A DNA stretch of 64,000 nucleotides. Source: Selaginella moellendorffii. Taxonomy: Eukaryota; Plantae; Lycopodiophyta. Under the pieces are notes generated by a model. The model had not been told where the DNA came from, did not search any database, and saw only the letters and a list, made by a program, of their open reading frames with translations. Below, piece after piece: positions 38,501 to 50,000 of this stretch. Every line of letters starts with the position of its first letter. Position 1 is the stretch's first letter. The DNA lies in contig NW_003314278.1 in NCBI RefSeq assembly GCF_000143415.4, positions 1,686,362-1,750,361 on the forward strand, read 5' to 3'. A program made the position numbers and the translations under genes.

Positions 38501-41500
38501 TAACACATCCATAAGCTATACTTCATAATGCAAAGCTAATGAAGAGCAGATTTGCATCACTCAAAAGCCAAGCACAATGGAGCTATGCTCAACAAATGAT
38601 CATCTAATCGATCCTCCATGAATCCATCTACAGCAAGACGTAACTCACCTCATAACAAGCACAAGAAAAATCATTAATGATTGATATATCTCAATTGAAA
38701 TCCAAGAAGGATTCAATCACTTCAATGCCAATCACTAACTCTTCCTCTTATAGAGGTAGCATTGTTCATGACTAAATCACTTTTCAAGGAAAAGCTAAAG
38801 CTCAACTTCAACTAAGCAATCTCGTCTAGAACACAACTAACCCAAACTTGCCACTCAGTTCATTTGAACGTCAACACAGTTGCTAACTAGCAAATGCATG
38901 AATGCCAACAACACAAAGCTATAGCCAAATCATCAACACTATATTCATCAAGACTAATGAAACTCAATATCAATCCTTGGAAGGATATCTCATTTCACTC
39001 AGATCTCAATATCAACAATGTTAACGACAAGGCATCACTTCAATGCCATCAACACCAAAACAAAGCTAAAAGAAAGCACGAGTGAATCACCACCCAAAAC
39101 TCTCTTGCAACCAAGCTAACCAAAGTCGAAGATACTTAACTTAGTATCCAAAACCAATTTCTTCAGGAATACTCAGTTACAGATAACACTTCCTCAAGGA
39201 GTGAATCACCACATCCAAGACTAAATGAAATCCAACACCACAGACTAAATGTAACCAAATGATATCGACAGAGGTAGAGTTGACATGTCAACATGGAAAA
39301 CCCATGTATGTCTAACGACATGATCCTCCGCAACACCATCCGATAAAGCAAGCCCATCACTGCTAAATTATCATCGAGCAAAGTAAGTGTCAACAGTCCT
39401 TGATGAAGTCTACAAGTAATCACTAGTCGCAAAGCAACTAACAATCACTCCTCAACTTGCCTTCACAAGACCCAAACACCAATGCTTGTCACCAAGTTAT
39501 ATACTTGTCCAACAAGAACGTGATACCCCAAGTACGAGATAAAAGTTCATAGACAAGCATAAACTAAATGACCACTCGAATCCAACTCAACCGCAATAAG
39601 CTCACTCAAACATTTAGCCACTAGCTCTGAGAATGCCTTGAAGAGGCTAGCTATGCATGATCAACACTCAGCCGAAACGAAAGTGAAGACCATGAGATGA
39701 ACTCATATCGGTACACAACCTCCTCATAGACAAAGCTATAGTATGGGTACTAACATCTCAACCTCAAACAACTAAATTGGACATCACCATCCTCAGCCAA
39801 GGCGCAGGGCCACCAAGACCAAGTCAAGATCAGTGAGAGCTCACTACTCTCATAGAGTCTAACATAATGCAAGGGGCAACCTGCCACCAAGCATAACGCT
39901 ACAAAAGAAAGGTACAAGGGTCACCTTTCTGAAAAAAGTGCAACGGCCACTTTTCGATATCAACTCTAGACTCTATCCAACTTAATTGCCTTAGCCTCAA
40001 AAGTCAGCATCCCTTTCGGGCTGCATCATACAAACTACTTACTAAGATCTAAGCCAACCAAAGTCAACTCCAACCCCTTCACTAGTTTGTACTGGCTTTC
40101 GAAAATGGAATGGTTTTCGGACAAAATGATCGATAGATCAGCCATTGAAAAAGCCTAAGAAAATTTGTGGAAAACTTTCCATCCTAGAGAAAGAATGACT
40201 CTCAGTCCAGGAATGCAAACTTTCACGACTCAAACAACTTCTTCCTACAAACAACTTCACATAGATTCACCTCAACACAAATTCTCATGACCCATAATAT
40301 GCTTAAGCATTGAACATCTTTGCCCATTTTTCCAATATCCAACACTGACATCCGCAAAGTGCAAAATAAGCATCCAAGGCTTGATCACAAAGACCACATC
40401 ATCGGATATCCACATTGCACTAACACTCTTCTTCAACCACCTTCAAGATCCAATGTGAAGCCAAAACACTAACAAGAAAAATGACATGGAAAATCAAGCT
40501 CTAAGGAAAATTCCTCATCACTTGAATCAACAATGCCACTTCCACTAACACAAGTGCTAGCGATGTCAATGCATCAACCTCACACCTTCTCCATCCAATA
40601 ATCTACTCCAAGTGCTAACGGATCAACAAATGAGCTATAGCAAATGAATGCTACAACCCATTCCCAACACTTAACAGGCAAACTCAAGGAAACAAGGAAC
40701 CAACTTAAGCTTAGTGTAAGCCACAAATTTTTCCTTTCCACTTTGCCAGCTTACCTCGCCTATCCGTCCAACACTGCCTTAGCTTTTGCTAAGTTCCCTC
40801 GCCAAGGTTCTCGCCTATGGTACCAGCTCCTACTTGGTTTCAGCTACTCACTGCACGAGCAACGGAGTGTTAGCCATCCTTCCATGGATTCCCAAATCAC
40901 TCCCAATCCCCCTCCCCGGGTTAGACTGGACTTAAGGTTCGGCTACACTCCCCGCAAGCACAAGCAGCCAAGCACACCAAGCTTCCAGGTTCCTAACATC
41001 CCTTGGTACCACAAGACTTGATCATGGGACCCTCTAACTCCCAAGTCTTGAGTGCAACACTTGCTTCGGGACGCCGGGGCGAAACACCGTGGCCTAGCGG
41101 CCCGGTATGGGTACCTCTCGTCCCCCACTTCCATCCCGAAGGAAGGCCCAAGCCCCTAGGAAGGGCGAGGACCAATGAGCCGCATGGTACTCAAGTGGGG
41201 CACCACTCCACATGAGCCGGGAGCACCGCAATCGGTTTCCCTTTCGGGAGTGGAAGCTGCTCTTGAGCACTTTCTTGGATGGCCCCTCCGGCACCAGCCA
41301 AGTCCATGCTCACTCCCACCCAAGGCCCCTCGGTCCCAGTCCCAACCTCAAGTCGGTTTGGAAGCCCAACTGGAGAGTCCCTTCAAAACTGGTTCCTGGA
41401 CCTCACTATCCCTACTATACTTTTGGAACCCCCTGCAGCCCCCCCCCCCCCTGGGAGACGCACGCTTTGGGCTTTCACCCCTTGACCCGTATTAGTATTT

Positions 41501-41514
41501 GGACTTAGTCTCTG

Positions 41515-41780
41515 GCTCGATCTCGGACCCGATTTCGGATCCGACTTCGGATTCGGGTTCGGACTCGATCACGGACTCGATCTCGGACCCGATCTCGGAC
41601 CCGACCTCGGACTCGACCTCGGACTCGGTCTCGGACCCGATTTCGGATCCGGACTCCGTCTCGAACTCGGTCTCGAACTCGGACTCGAACTCGGTCCCCG
41701 AGTCGGTCTCGGATTCGATTCCGGACTCTACCTCGAACTCGGTCCTAGAGTCGGTCTTGGACTCGATCCTCGACTTGGTC
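41515..41780. repeat. Degenerate hexamer tandem repeat (CTCGGA/CTCGAT) in the chromovirus LTR; second copy ~47897-48162
   Basis: Direct inspection; source of the spurious SD/ES-rich ORFs. Confidence 0.85.
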
Positions 41781-42266
41781 CCATCTGATGAACTCTTTGT
41801 CACTTCGGTCAAGCTTTTGGGGATCCTTTAGCCTACGACATCTCGGGGAGTCGGTTCCTTACAACTCCACCACCCATAGAAGAAGTTCGATGCCCACATC
41901 GAACGTCTCGTTTTATCCTACGACTTGTTGTCCATGTCTCCGGGGGCATCCCCCCACTTAGCGGTGTGCCTAAGTTAGCCTCCCCAGCCAAGAGCCCATG
42001 ACAACGGAATATAGGTGTCCCTATATTCCTCACCTCACCACGCCCTAGTATAGGGTCGGGACTTGAACCCAGCCTTGCTTTACTAGGGGGTTGGGACTCG
42101 AACCCAACCTCCGTAGAATACGTCTACGGATTCGACATCCCCGCAGGGAGTCGGGCGTAGTGCCCTACGCCTGGTCGACCTATCCAACCCATGCTAATTA
42201 GCTTACCTTTGGCACGCCTTCGGGTCCCAACATATGCCATTTGCTCAACTTTGCAAATTGATATTT

Positions 42267-45200
42267 TTAATTGAATTTTGCATAAGTACATAAAGTTCTG
42301 CCTTGCAGAAATTCCTCCACTAGATCTCGTGCGTTCGCTAGGTTCTCCTCCGGTTCCCATGTTGCTTCGCAGTGTGGAAATCCTTTCCACTTCACATGGA
42401 ACTCTCTCACCTCGCGTCCTTGTCGCTTGCTCTTGCGCGCATTGAGGATGGCCTCGACTTCGTATTCCTCTTCCCCTTGGATAACCTCAGGTAAAGGTCT
42501 CACTTGGTCCTTGCGAAGCGGATCCTCAAAGTACGGCTTGAGTAAGTTCACGTGGAACACTGGGTGCATCTTCCCCATCTCTCGAGGAAGTCGGAGTCGG
42601 TAAGCCACTTTACCGATTCGTGCCTCAATTTCATAAGGCCCCGCGAACCTGCTTAAGGAACTCAAGATCAATTCATTTACAGGAATACATGCGTCTTTAC
42701 CTTTGGGTCAACTTTCGGCTGATCCAGCTTGGTAGTCTGAGGTTCTTGGTGTTCAGCCACACCTTCTCCCCAGCTTGGAACTCCACATCCCGATGCTTTT
42801 GGTTCGCGTACTTAGTTTGCCTTTGTTGAGCCCGTTCCAAGGAATCCCTCACTAGATTCCAAATGTTGAGTCTTTCCGCCGTGAATGCCTCCACTACGGG
42901 TAACTCTCCATGATACTCGGCCACGCCGAGTTCCACAGGACCTTCAATAGCTCGCCCATTGATGACTTCCCATGGACTCACCCCGATGCTTGAGTGTGGT
43001 GAGTTGTTATAACACATTTCCGCAAGTCCCAAATGACTTACCCAGTCGGTCTGGTCTCCTGAGACATAGCATCGCAAATAATCCTCCAGCTGCCTATTCA
43101 CCCTTTCCGTTTGTCCGTCTGTCAAGAAGTGTTAGTGCCATCAATCTTGACTTAATACCCATTACCTGTCTGTGGGTGATAGGCTGTGCTGAATTTCAAT
43201 TTGGTGCGATACTGTTCTAGGAGTGTCCTCCAGAACCTACTAGTGAAGATCTTATCTCGATCTGAGATAATCTCTTCCGGCCTTCCCCGCACTCGAACCA
43301 CTTGTTCAAAGAACAGCTTCGCCACACCTTCCGCATCCACGTCCGTTGTGGTGGGTATGAAATGTGCCATCTTTGAAAATCGGTCCACCACCACGAATAT
43401 CGCATCAAACCCCTCGCTTGGGGGTAGTCCCGTGATGAAGTCCATCGTAAGACATTTCCACGGGCGATCTGGAATTGGGATGCTTTGCAACAAGCCCCCA
43501 CTAGCCTTAGTCACGGCTTTGACCTGCTGACATGTTGGACATGTCTTTACATAGTCTTGGACGTCCTTAGCCATATCTGGCCAATGGTACTTCCTCTTGA
43601 GTAAGCCCATCGTCTTGGGCACTCCGCCGTGTCCCGCAAGAGGTCCGTCATGACACTCTTCTAAGGCCACCTTCCTTAGTTCCCCTTCTGGAACATACAC
43701 CCTCGTTTGCTTGTAATAAATGAGTCCGTTGCGTTCCGCATAGCCCGTTTTCTCTTCCGTTGGCAGCTCACCTCTCTGGTGAGCTTCCCGCGCCTCTAGA
43801 TTCCTCAGCAACACTTCTTGTGCTAGACCATCGTTCTCATATGCTGTCCGCACATCGTCCCAGAAGGTTGCTGTTGCGCTGGATATTGCCAACTTCAAGC
43901 TCGCTTTTCGACTTAGCGCATCCGCCACGATGTTGCTCTTCCCAGGCTTGTACAGAATTTCGCAATCAAACTCGGCCAAGGCATTGGCCCACCGACCTTG
44001 TTTCCCTCTTAGGTCGGGCTGTGACAAGAAGTGTTTCGTCGCCACATTGTCCGTGTAAACCTTGAAGTGTCTCCCAAGGTAGTGTCGCCACTCCTTGAGT
44101 GCCTTGACCACCGCAAACAATTCCTTCTCATGGGCAGGCCACTTCCGTTGAGCCTTGTCCAGCTTCTTCGAGAAGAACGCTACCGGATGGTTGTCTTGCT
44201 TCAGAACTGCGCCCAACGCAAAGTCCGAAGCATCCGTTTCTACCTCAAAGTCCTTACCAAAGTCTGGCAATGCCAATACGGGAGCCTTCCTCAACTTCCC
44301 TTTGAGGTGGACGAATGCCGCCTCGCATTCTGCTGTCCATACCATCTTCCCTTTTCCTGTTTGGTCCGTTAAGGGCAGGGCTACTCTCGAATAGTGTCTG
44401 ATAAACTTTCGATAGTAGTTGCATAGCCCCAGGAACGCCCTCAACTCATGTACATTCGATGGTCGCTCCCATTCCTGGATCGCTTGGACCTTCTCCGGGT
44501 CCACCTTGAGCCCGTCTTGGCCCACCACATGCCCGAGAAACTTTACCTCTTGTTGAGCAAAGTCACATTTGCTCTCTTTAGCATACAGCTTGTGTTCCCT
44601 TAGTTTCTCAAACACCTTCGCCAAGTGTTCGGCATGCTCTTCTAGCGTCTCGCTATAGATCAGGATGTCGTCGATATAGACGACCACGAAGTGATCCAGA
44701 TAGGGTACAAAGACGTGGTTCATTAGCGCCGAAAACGTTGCCGGCGCATTACATAGCCCGAAGGGCATCACCAGAAACTCAAAGCTCCCATACCTCGTTC
44801 GACAGGTTGTCTTCTCGACATCTTCCTCGGCTACCCTGATCTGGTAGTATCCTGACCTTAGGTCAATCCTCGAGAAGTATTTTGCCTTTCCCAACCTATC
44901 GAACAGGTCCTCAATCCTAGGCAAAGGGTACTTGTTCTTCTTTGTATACTTGTTGAGCAAGCGGTAGTCTATGCACATGCGCATAGATCCATCTTTCTTT
45001 TTCACAAATAACACCGGCGCCCCATACGGCGACTTGCTCAACCTAACATACCCTTTGTCCACCAACTCCTCTAGTTGGCACTTGAGCTCCTTGAGTTCTT
45101 TTTCGTTCAAACGATAAGGGGGACGAACCACTGCCTCAGCACCCTCGACCAGCTCAATCTTATGTTCTATTGGTCGTGCTGGGGGTAACCCCGCCGGTAG

Positions 45201-47039
45201 CTCCTCCGGCATGGTATCCTGGAATTGGTCCAACACCCGCTGGATCACTAAAGGCACTTCTTCCGTTCTTGTCTTTTTGTCACTCTTCACCGAGAGTAAG
45301 CACAAAAAGGCTGCCTTAGTTCCTTTAGTGAGTTGTCCTCTCGTGGACACCAGGTTTAAGCAGGATTCTTTGGCCTTGCTTTGCCCTACCTTTAGATCCT
45401 GGGCTTCCACCCTAGATCTTCTTCCTTGGGCATTCGCCAGTACCACAAGGTTCCTACCTTGTCCATGTAGGGCTACCACGAACCGATTGAACCAATCCAT
45501 TCCGAAGATCACGTCAAATCCCGCCATGTCCAACACGGTGAAATCCATGTCTACCTTCCATGTCCCTACTTCGACTTTCGCTTGTCGAAGTACCTCATCG
45601 GTGCTTTGGCTACCTTGAACAAACTCTATAGTCCTTGGTTCGCCTAGCCGCTGCACCGTTAGTCCGGCTTGCCGGACTATGTCTGCAGCCACAAAATTAT
45701 CCGAAGCACCCGTGTCAATAAGGATCTTAACAAAGCTACCTCCGAGCTTCCCTCGGAGGGCTAGTAGATGTCGCGAACGACTCTCTACCAAAGTTGCTCG
45801 TGTAATGAGTAACTTTGAGTTAGGGACTGGATCACATACCTCATTTTGGACTTCGCCCGACTTGATGGCCATATTGGCTCTGGCCTTCTTCGGGTAGGGA
45901 CATTCCCTCGAAAAGTGTCCCGCTTCACCGCAGTTATAGCATACGTTGTTTCCCACGCTGCTATATGACTTGACCTTCTTATCCGTGGGTTTGTCTCTTT
46001 TCGCTTGACTCCCCCACGTACTTGCTCGCTGGCCACCGGATTTGCCTTTCCGAAATCCCGAGGACTCATTCTTAGAGAAACTCTTCTTGAATTTCCCCCT
46101 GCTATATGTTCCCCTCGGTTTGGCCCCTTTGTGAAACGTGGATCCCGACCCCGTCGTGTTCCCCTTTCGCAGGTTATCGTTGAAATGCACCTTGATGGCC
46201 GCATCCAACGCTTCCTTGTAGTTGGTCGGGTTCCAGCGCATCACCTCACCGCGAGCCCAGGTTTGCAAACCTGATATAAAGGCATGGAACGCATCCATAT
46301 CCCCCATGTCCGTGACAAGTATCCTCTTTGCCATGAACCCATTCACATATTCCTGGATGGTTCCAGTCTGCTTCAGCCTACTCAGCTCATCTCTCAGATG
46401 CAGAGTGGCATTCGGAGGAACGTATGTCGCGCGGATCCTCGCCTTCATCATGTCCCAGGTGGCCACCGGTCCTTCGTTGGCCTCCGTTGTTCTCCACCAA
46501 GACTTGGCATTATCTGCCAAGTATGGTTTTGCACATGGGACCTTCTCCGAGCTCGGTAACCGTAACGCTCGGAAGTAGTCCTCCATATCGTAAAACCAAT
46601 CCTCCACAACCTTATAGTCGTTCACTCCCTTGAACACCGGTGGGGGCTTTGGTTTGTACTTGGGAACTGCCTGAGGGACTGATTCCACTTCGGTCTGTTC
46701 GACCTTGTCTGGTTTTGCCTCAGTCCCTGCCGAAGGGTCCGCACCTTCTGCGCTGCCAGCATCCGCAGTCTTTCGCCTTTTCTTCCGTTTCTCGTCACGC
46801 TTTAGCTTGCGTACGAGAGTCTCCAGCAGGGCATTGGTCTGCGCCAATTGACCTTCTAGAACGTCCAATCGAGCCTTGGACGACCGAACCTCGCCACCGG
46901 ACTCCTGTTTGGAAGTTTCCTCACTAGAGTCCTCCTCATGCAAGGATTCCTCATCCATAGCCTCTTGTTCGACCGGAGGCTCCAGCTCTGGCGGAGGTTC
47001 TGTCTCCGCCTGGGTTCGCTTACGCCCTGCCCTTGCCAT
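42267..47039 (-). CDS. Gag-Pol-chromodomain polyprotein, 3 exons (47039-43166, 43118-42701, 42648-42267), 1557 aa spliced
   Basis: Zinc knuckle [14 protein letters not shown]; protease LIDTGA; RT YIDD; RNase H ETDASD; integrase HHCC, MDFI, SDRD, HPQT|DGQTER; GPY motif; chromodomain [20 protein letters not shown]. Confidence 0.9.
42649..42700 (-). other. Predicted spliceosomal intron 2 in the integrase (52 nt, phase 2)
   Basis: AG|GTAAAG...TTAAGCAG|G; removal restores KLTQRFAGPY. Confidence 0.85.
43119..43165 (-). other. Predicted spliceosomal intron 1 in the integrase (47 nt, phase 1)
   Basis: CAG|GTAATG...CACTAAC...TTGACAG|AC; removal restores [13 protein letters not shown]. Confidence 0.88.
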
Positions 47040-50000
47040 CTCCCAGCAATCCGCCTCTATCCTTCGCTAGAACTGAGGAGAAGGCTCCGATACCAAATTG
47101 TAAGCCACAAATTTTTCCTTTCCACTTTGCCAGCTTACCTCGCCTATCCGTCCAGCACTGCCTTGGCTTTTGCTAAGTTCCCTCGCCAAGGTTCTCGCCT
47201 ATGGTACCAGCTCCTACTTGGTTTCAGCTACTCACTGCACGAGCAACGGAGTGTTAGCCATCCTTCCATGGATTCCCAAATCACTCCCAATCCCCCTCCC
47301 CGGGTTAGACTGGACTTAAGGTTCGGCTACACTCCCCGCAAGCACAAGCAGCCAAGCACACCAAGCTTCCAGGTTCCTAACATCCCCTGGTACCACAAGA
47401 CTTGATCATGGGACCCTCTAAATCCCAAGTCTTGAGTGCAACACTTGCTTCGGGACGCCGGGGCGAAACACCGTGGCCTAGCGGCCCGGTATGGGTACCT
47501 CTCGCCCCCCACTTCCATCCCGAAGGAAGGCCCAAGCCCCTAGGAAGGGCAAGGACCAATGAGCCGCATGGTACTCAAGTGGGGCACCACTCCACATGAG
47601 CCGGGAGCACCGCAATCGGTTTCCCTTTCGGGAGTGGGAGCTGCTCTTGAGCACTTTCTTGGATGGCCCCTCTGGCACCAGCCAAGTCCATGCTCACTCC
47701 CACCCAAGGCCCCTCGGTCCCAGTCCCAACCTCAAGTCGGTTTGGAAGCCCAACTGGAGAGTCCCTTCAAAACTGGTTCCTGGACCTCACTATCCCTACT
47801 ATACTTTTGGAACCCCCTGCAGCCCCCCCCCCCTGGGAGACGCACGCTTTGGGCTTTCACCCCTTGACCCGTATTAGTATTTGGACTTAGTCTCTGGCTC
47901 GATCTCGGACCCGATTTCGGATCCGACTTCGGATTCGGGTTCGGACTCGATCACGGACTCGATCTCGGACCCGATCTCGGACCTGACCTCGGACTCGACC
48001 TCGGACTCGGTCTCGGACCCGATTTCGGATCCGGACTCCGTCTCGAACTCGGTCTCGAACTCGGACTCGAACTCGGTCCCCGAGTCGGTCTCGGATTCGA
48101 TTCCGGACTCTACCTCGAACTCGGTCCTAGAGTCGGTCTTGGACTCGATCCTCGACTTGGTCCCATCCGATGAACTCTTTGTCACTTCGGTCAAGCTTTT
48201 GGGGATCCTTTAGCCTACGACATCTCGGGGAGTCGGTTCCTTACACTTAGCATAATGAACCACCACCGAGAATCCAGTCAAAGCTACTACAATGCTACTT
48301 CGTGCAAGTAGACTAGCTTCTCCATCAACCACTTTGGGGTTGATCATCATTTACCCAAGCAACTTCGTAAACACATTGCTCATTATCACATGGATATGAT
48401 ATAAATCACAATGACTTGATCATCAATTGAGTAACGCAATGAGCAAGGCTTATGTCATTACTTCAAATGTTTATGTGAGTATCAAATGCCAACTCGATTC
48501 GACAAAATGCAACATAAATGCCACACTCCACTAATAGAGATTTATGACACCCAACACCACTAACTTTTGTTCACAACACAGACAAGCTTATGCCACTCTC
48601 TTTCCGACCAATCTCAAAACTATTCCAACACCAAGCTACTCAAGGAGCAATAGCAAGGTTCCCTGGAAAAGAATTGAGCATTGCAACCCAAGTCTTCCAA
48701 TAGCGAGCCTAGACAAAATGGTTTAGTGTTTCACCACTATCCAACCCATAACTCACCATTGTAAGACCACCATCTCCAACATGCATCAAGATAGGGACTC
48801 TTGATTGCACGATGTGAACACAAGCAATGAGTTAACACCTCGTTGCAGATTATCTCTCCAAGAAGAGAAAATGATTTACGTATTTGATCCTTCGTCCTCG
48901 ATGACTCTCTTTTCGGTCTCATCTTTGACCAAACCTCAAGCTTTGCTTTCGCACTGCCTTCAGTTCAATCCAAGAAAAGTTTATGAGAGAGCACGGCAAT
49001 GATTACTTGAACCAATAGACTATTCCCTATAGTCTTGATTGATCCACTTATAATCATACCTAGGAAGGATCCACTAGTGCCGTGCTAAACAGCTACGGAC
49101 CAGCCTATTTGCCACTCATAGCAAACCCAGGGAAAGTTTGCTTTCACTCACGGTACATGGAACAACTTACAGAACCACTGGAACCATCGATAGGCTTACA
49201 TTAATCCTGCCAACTCAAAGTGTAACCTCAAGTTGCTAATGCGCCTCACTCACGAGCCCAAGCTCAAACTCGTGCAAATGGAACATCTCCAAACCATCCT
49301 ATGAGCCCAAGCGCAAGCTCACATCATAAGGTACAATAAGGTAACAATATCCATACCCAAGGAACCAATTGCGAAGCCTTTGCACCAAAACGTGTACCCA
49401 CTCGGATCATCGTTTTCATCTCTGCGTATGCAACGAGACTAGTTGCCCAATCTCATTGAATAGTACTCGCTGAGACTCATTCTCTGATACCAAATGTAGC
49501 GCACGTGGTTTTGACCCTGATTTACCATAGGATAACACCACGAAGCGGAACCTAAACCCTCTTTGTGCCACGTGACAGATGCCACATGTCACATGCCACG
49601 TGTCCATGCCACGTGTCCACAGGAACCCGAGGTTCAGGGCCTTGGGCCACTGAACGAAGGAACGGTGCCAAACTCCCAAGCGTGACGCCAAGGAGTGATG
49701 GAACCGGACCACGGAGCAACTCCCGAGCATATAGCCCAAGGAGCGAAGGGACAGGGGCCCGGAGCGACTTGGAACAGTCCTAGAGCAATCAGCATCCCAA
49801 TGCCAGGACCAGCACGCAAAACGGAGCCAAACGGAGTCTGACGCTATTTCGGCATACCGGTGGCCTAACGTGAGAGTATGGGTACTCCACCAGCTAGCAT
49901 GGAATGGAACTTGGGCTTAAACCCAAGCCGGACGCAGAACAAGGACAGGCACGCAAGCGGGAGCTAGACTATGCCTCAGGTTGGTCGGCCATGCCCGACC

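Larger units (their letters stand above)
40715..48245 (-). mobile_element. Full-length chromodomain Ty3/gypsy retrotransposon (chromovirus), nested
   Basis: LTRs 40715-41863 and 47099-48245; CTTAG TSD; PBS TGGTATCGGAGCC; PPT GGGTGGTGGAGT. Confidence 0.97.

Noticed and set aside
41492-41831. SD-/ES-rich ORFs (also 47874-48213 and 5694-6387)
   Set aside because: Products of hexamer repeats inside LTRs
42058-42109. tRNA gene
   Set aside because: Only T-arm-like hairpins; no acceptor, D or anticodon arms
42249-42301. Possible third intron after the chromodomain (AT-rich 53 nt, GC...AAG), plus an AG|GTAAGC donor near 42206
   Set aside because: Splice signals are non-canonical or weak and no conserved motif is restored; the ORF ends normally without it
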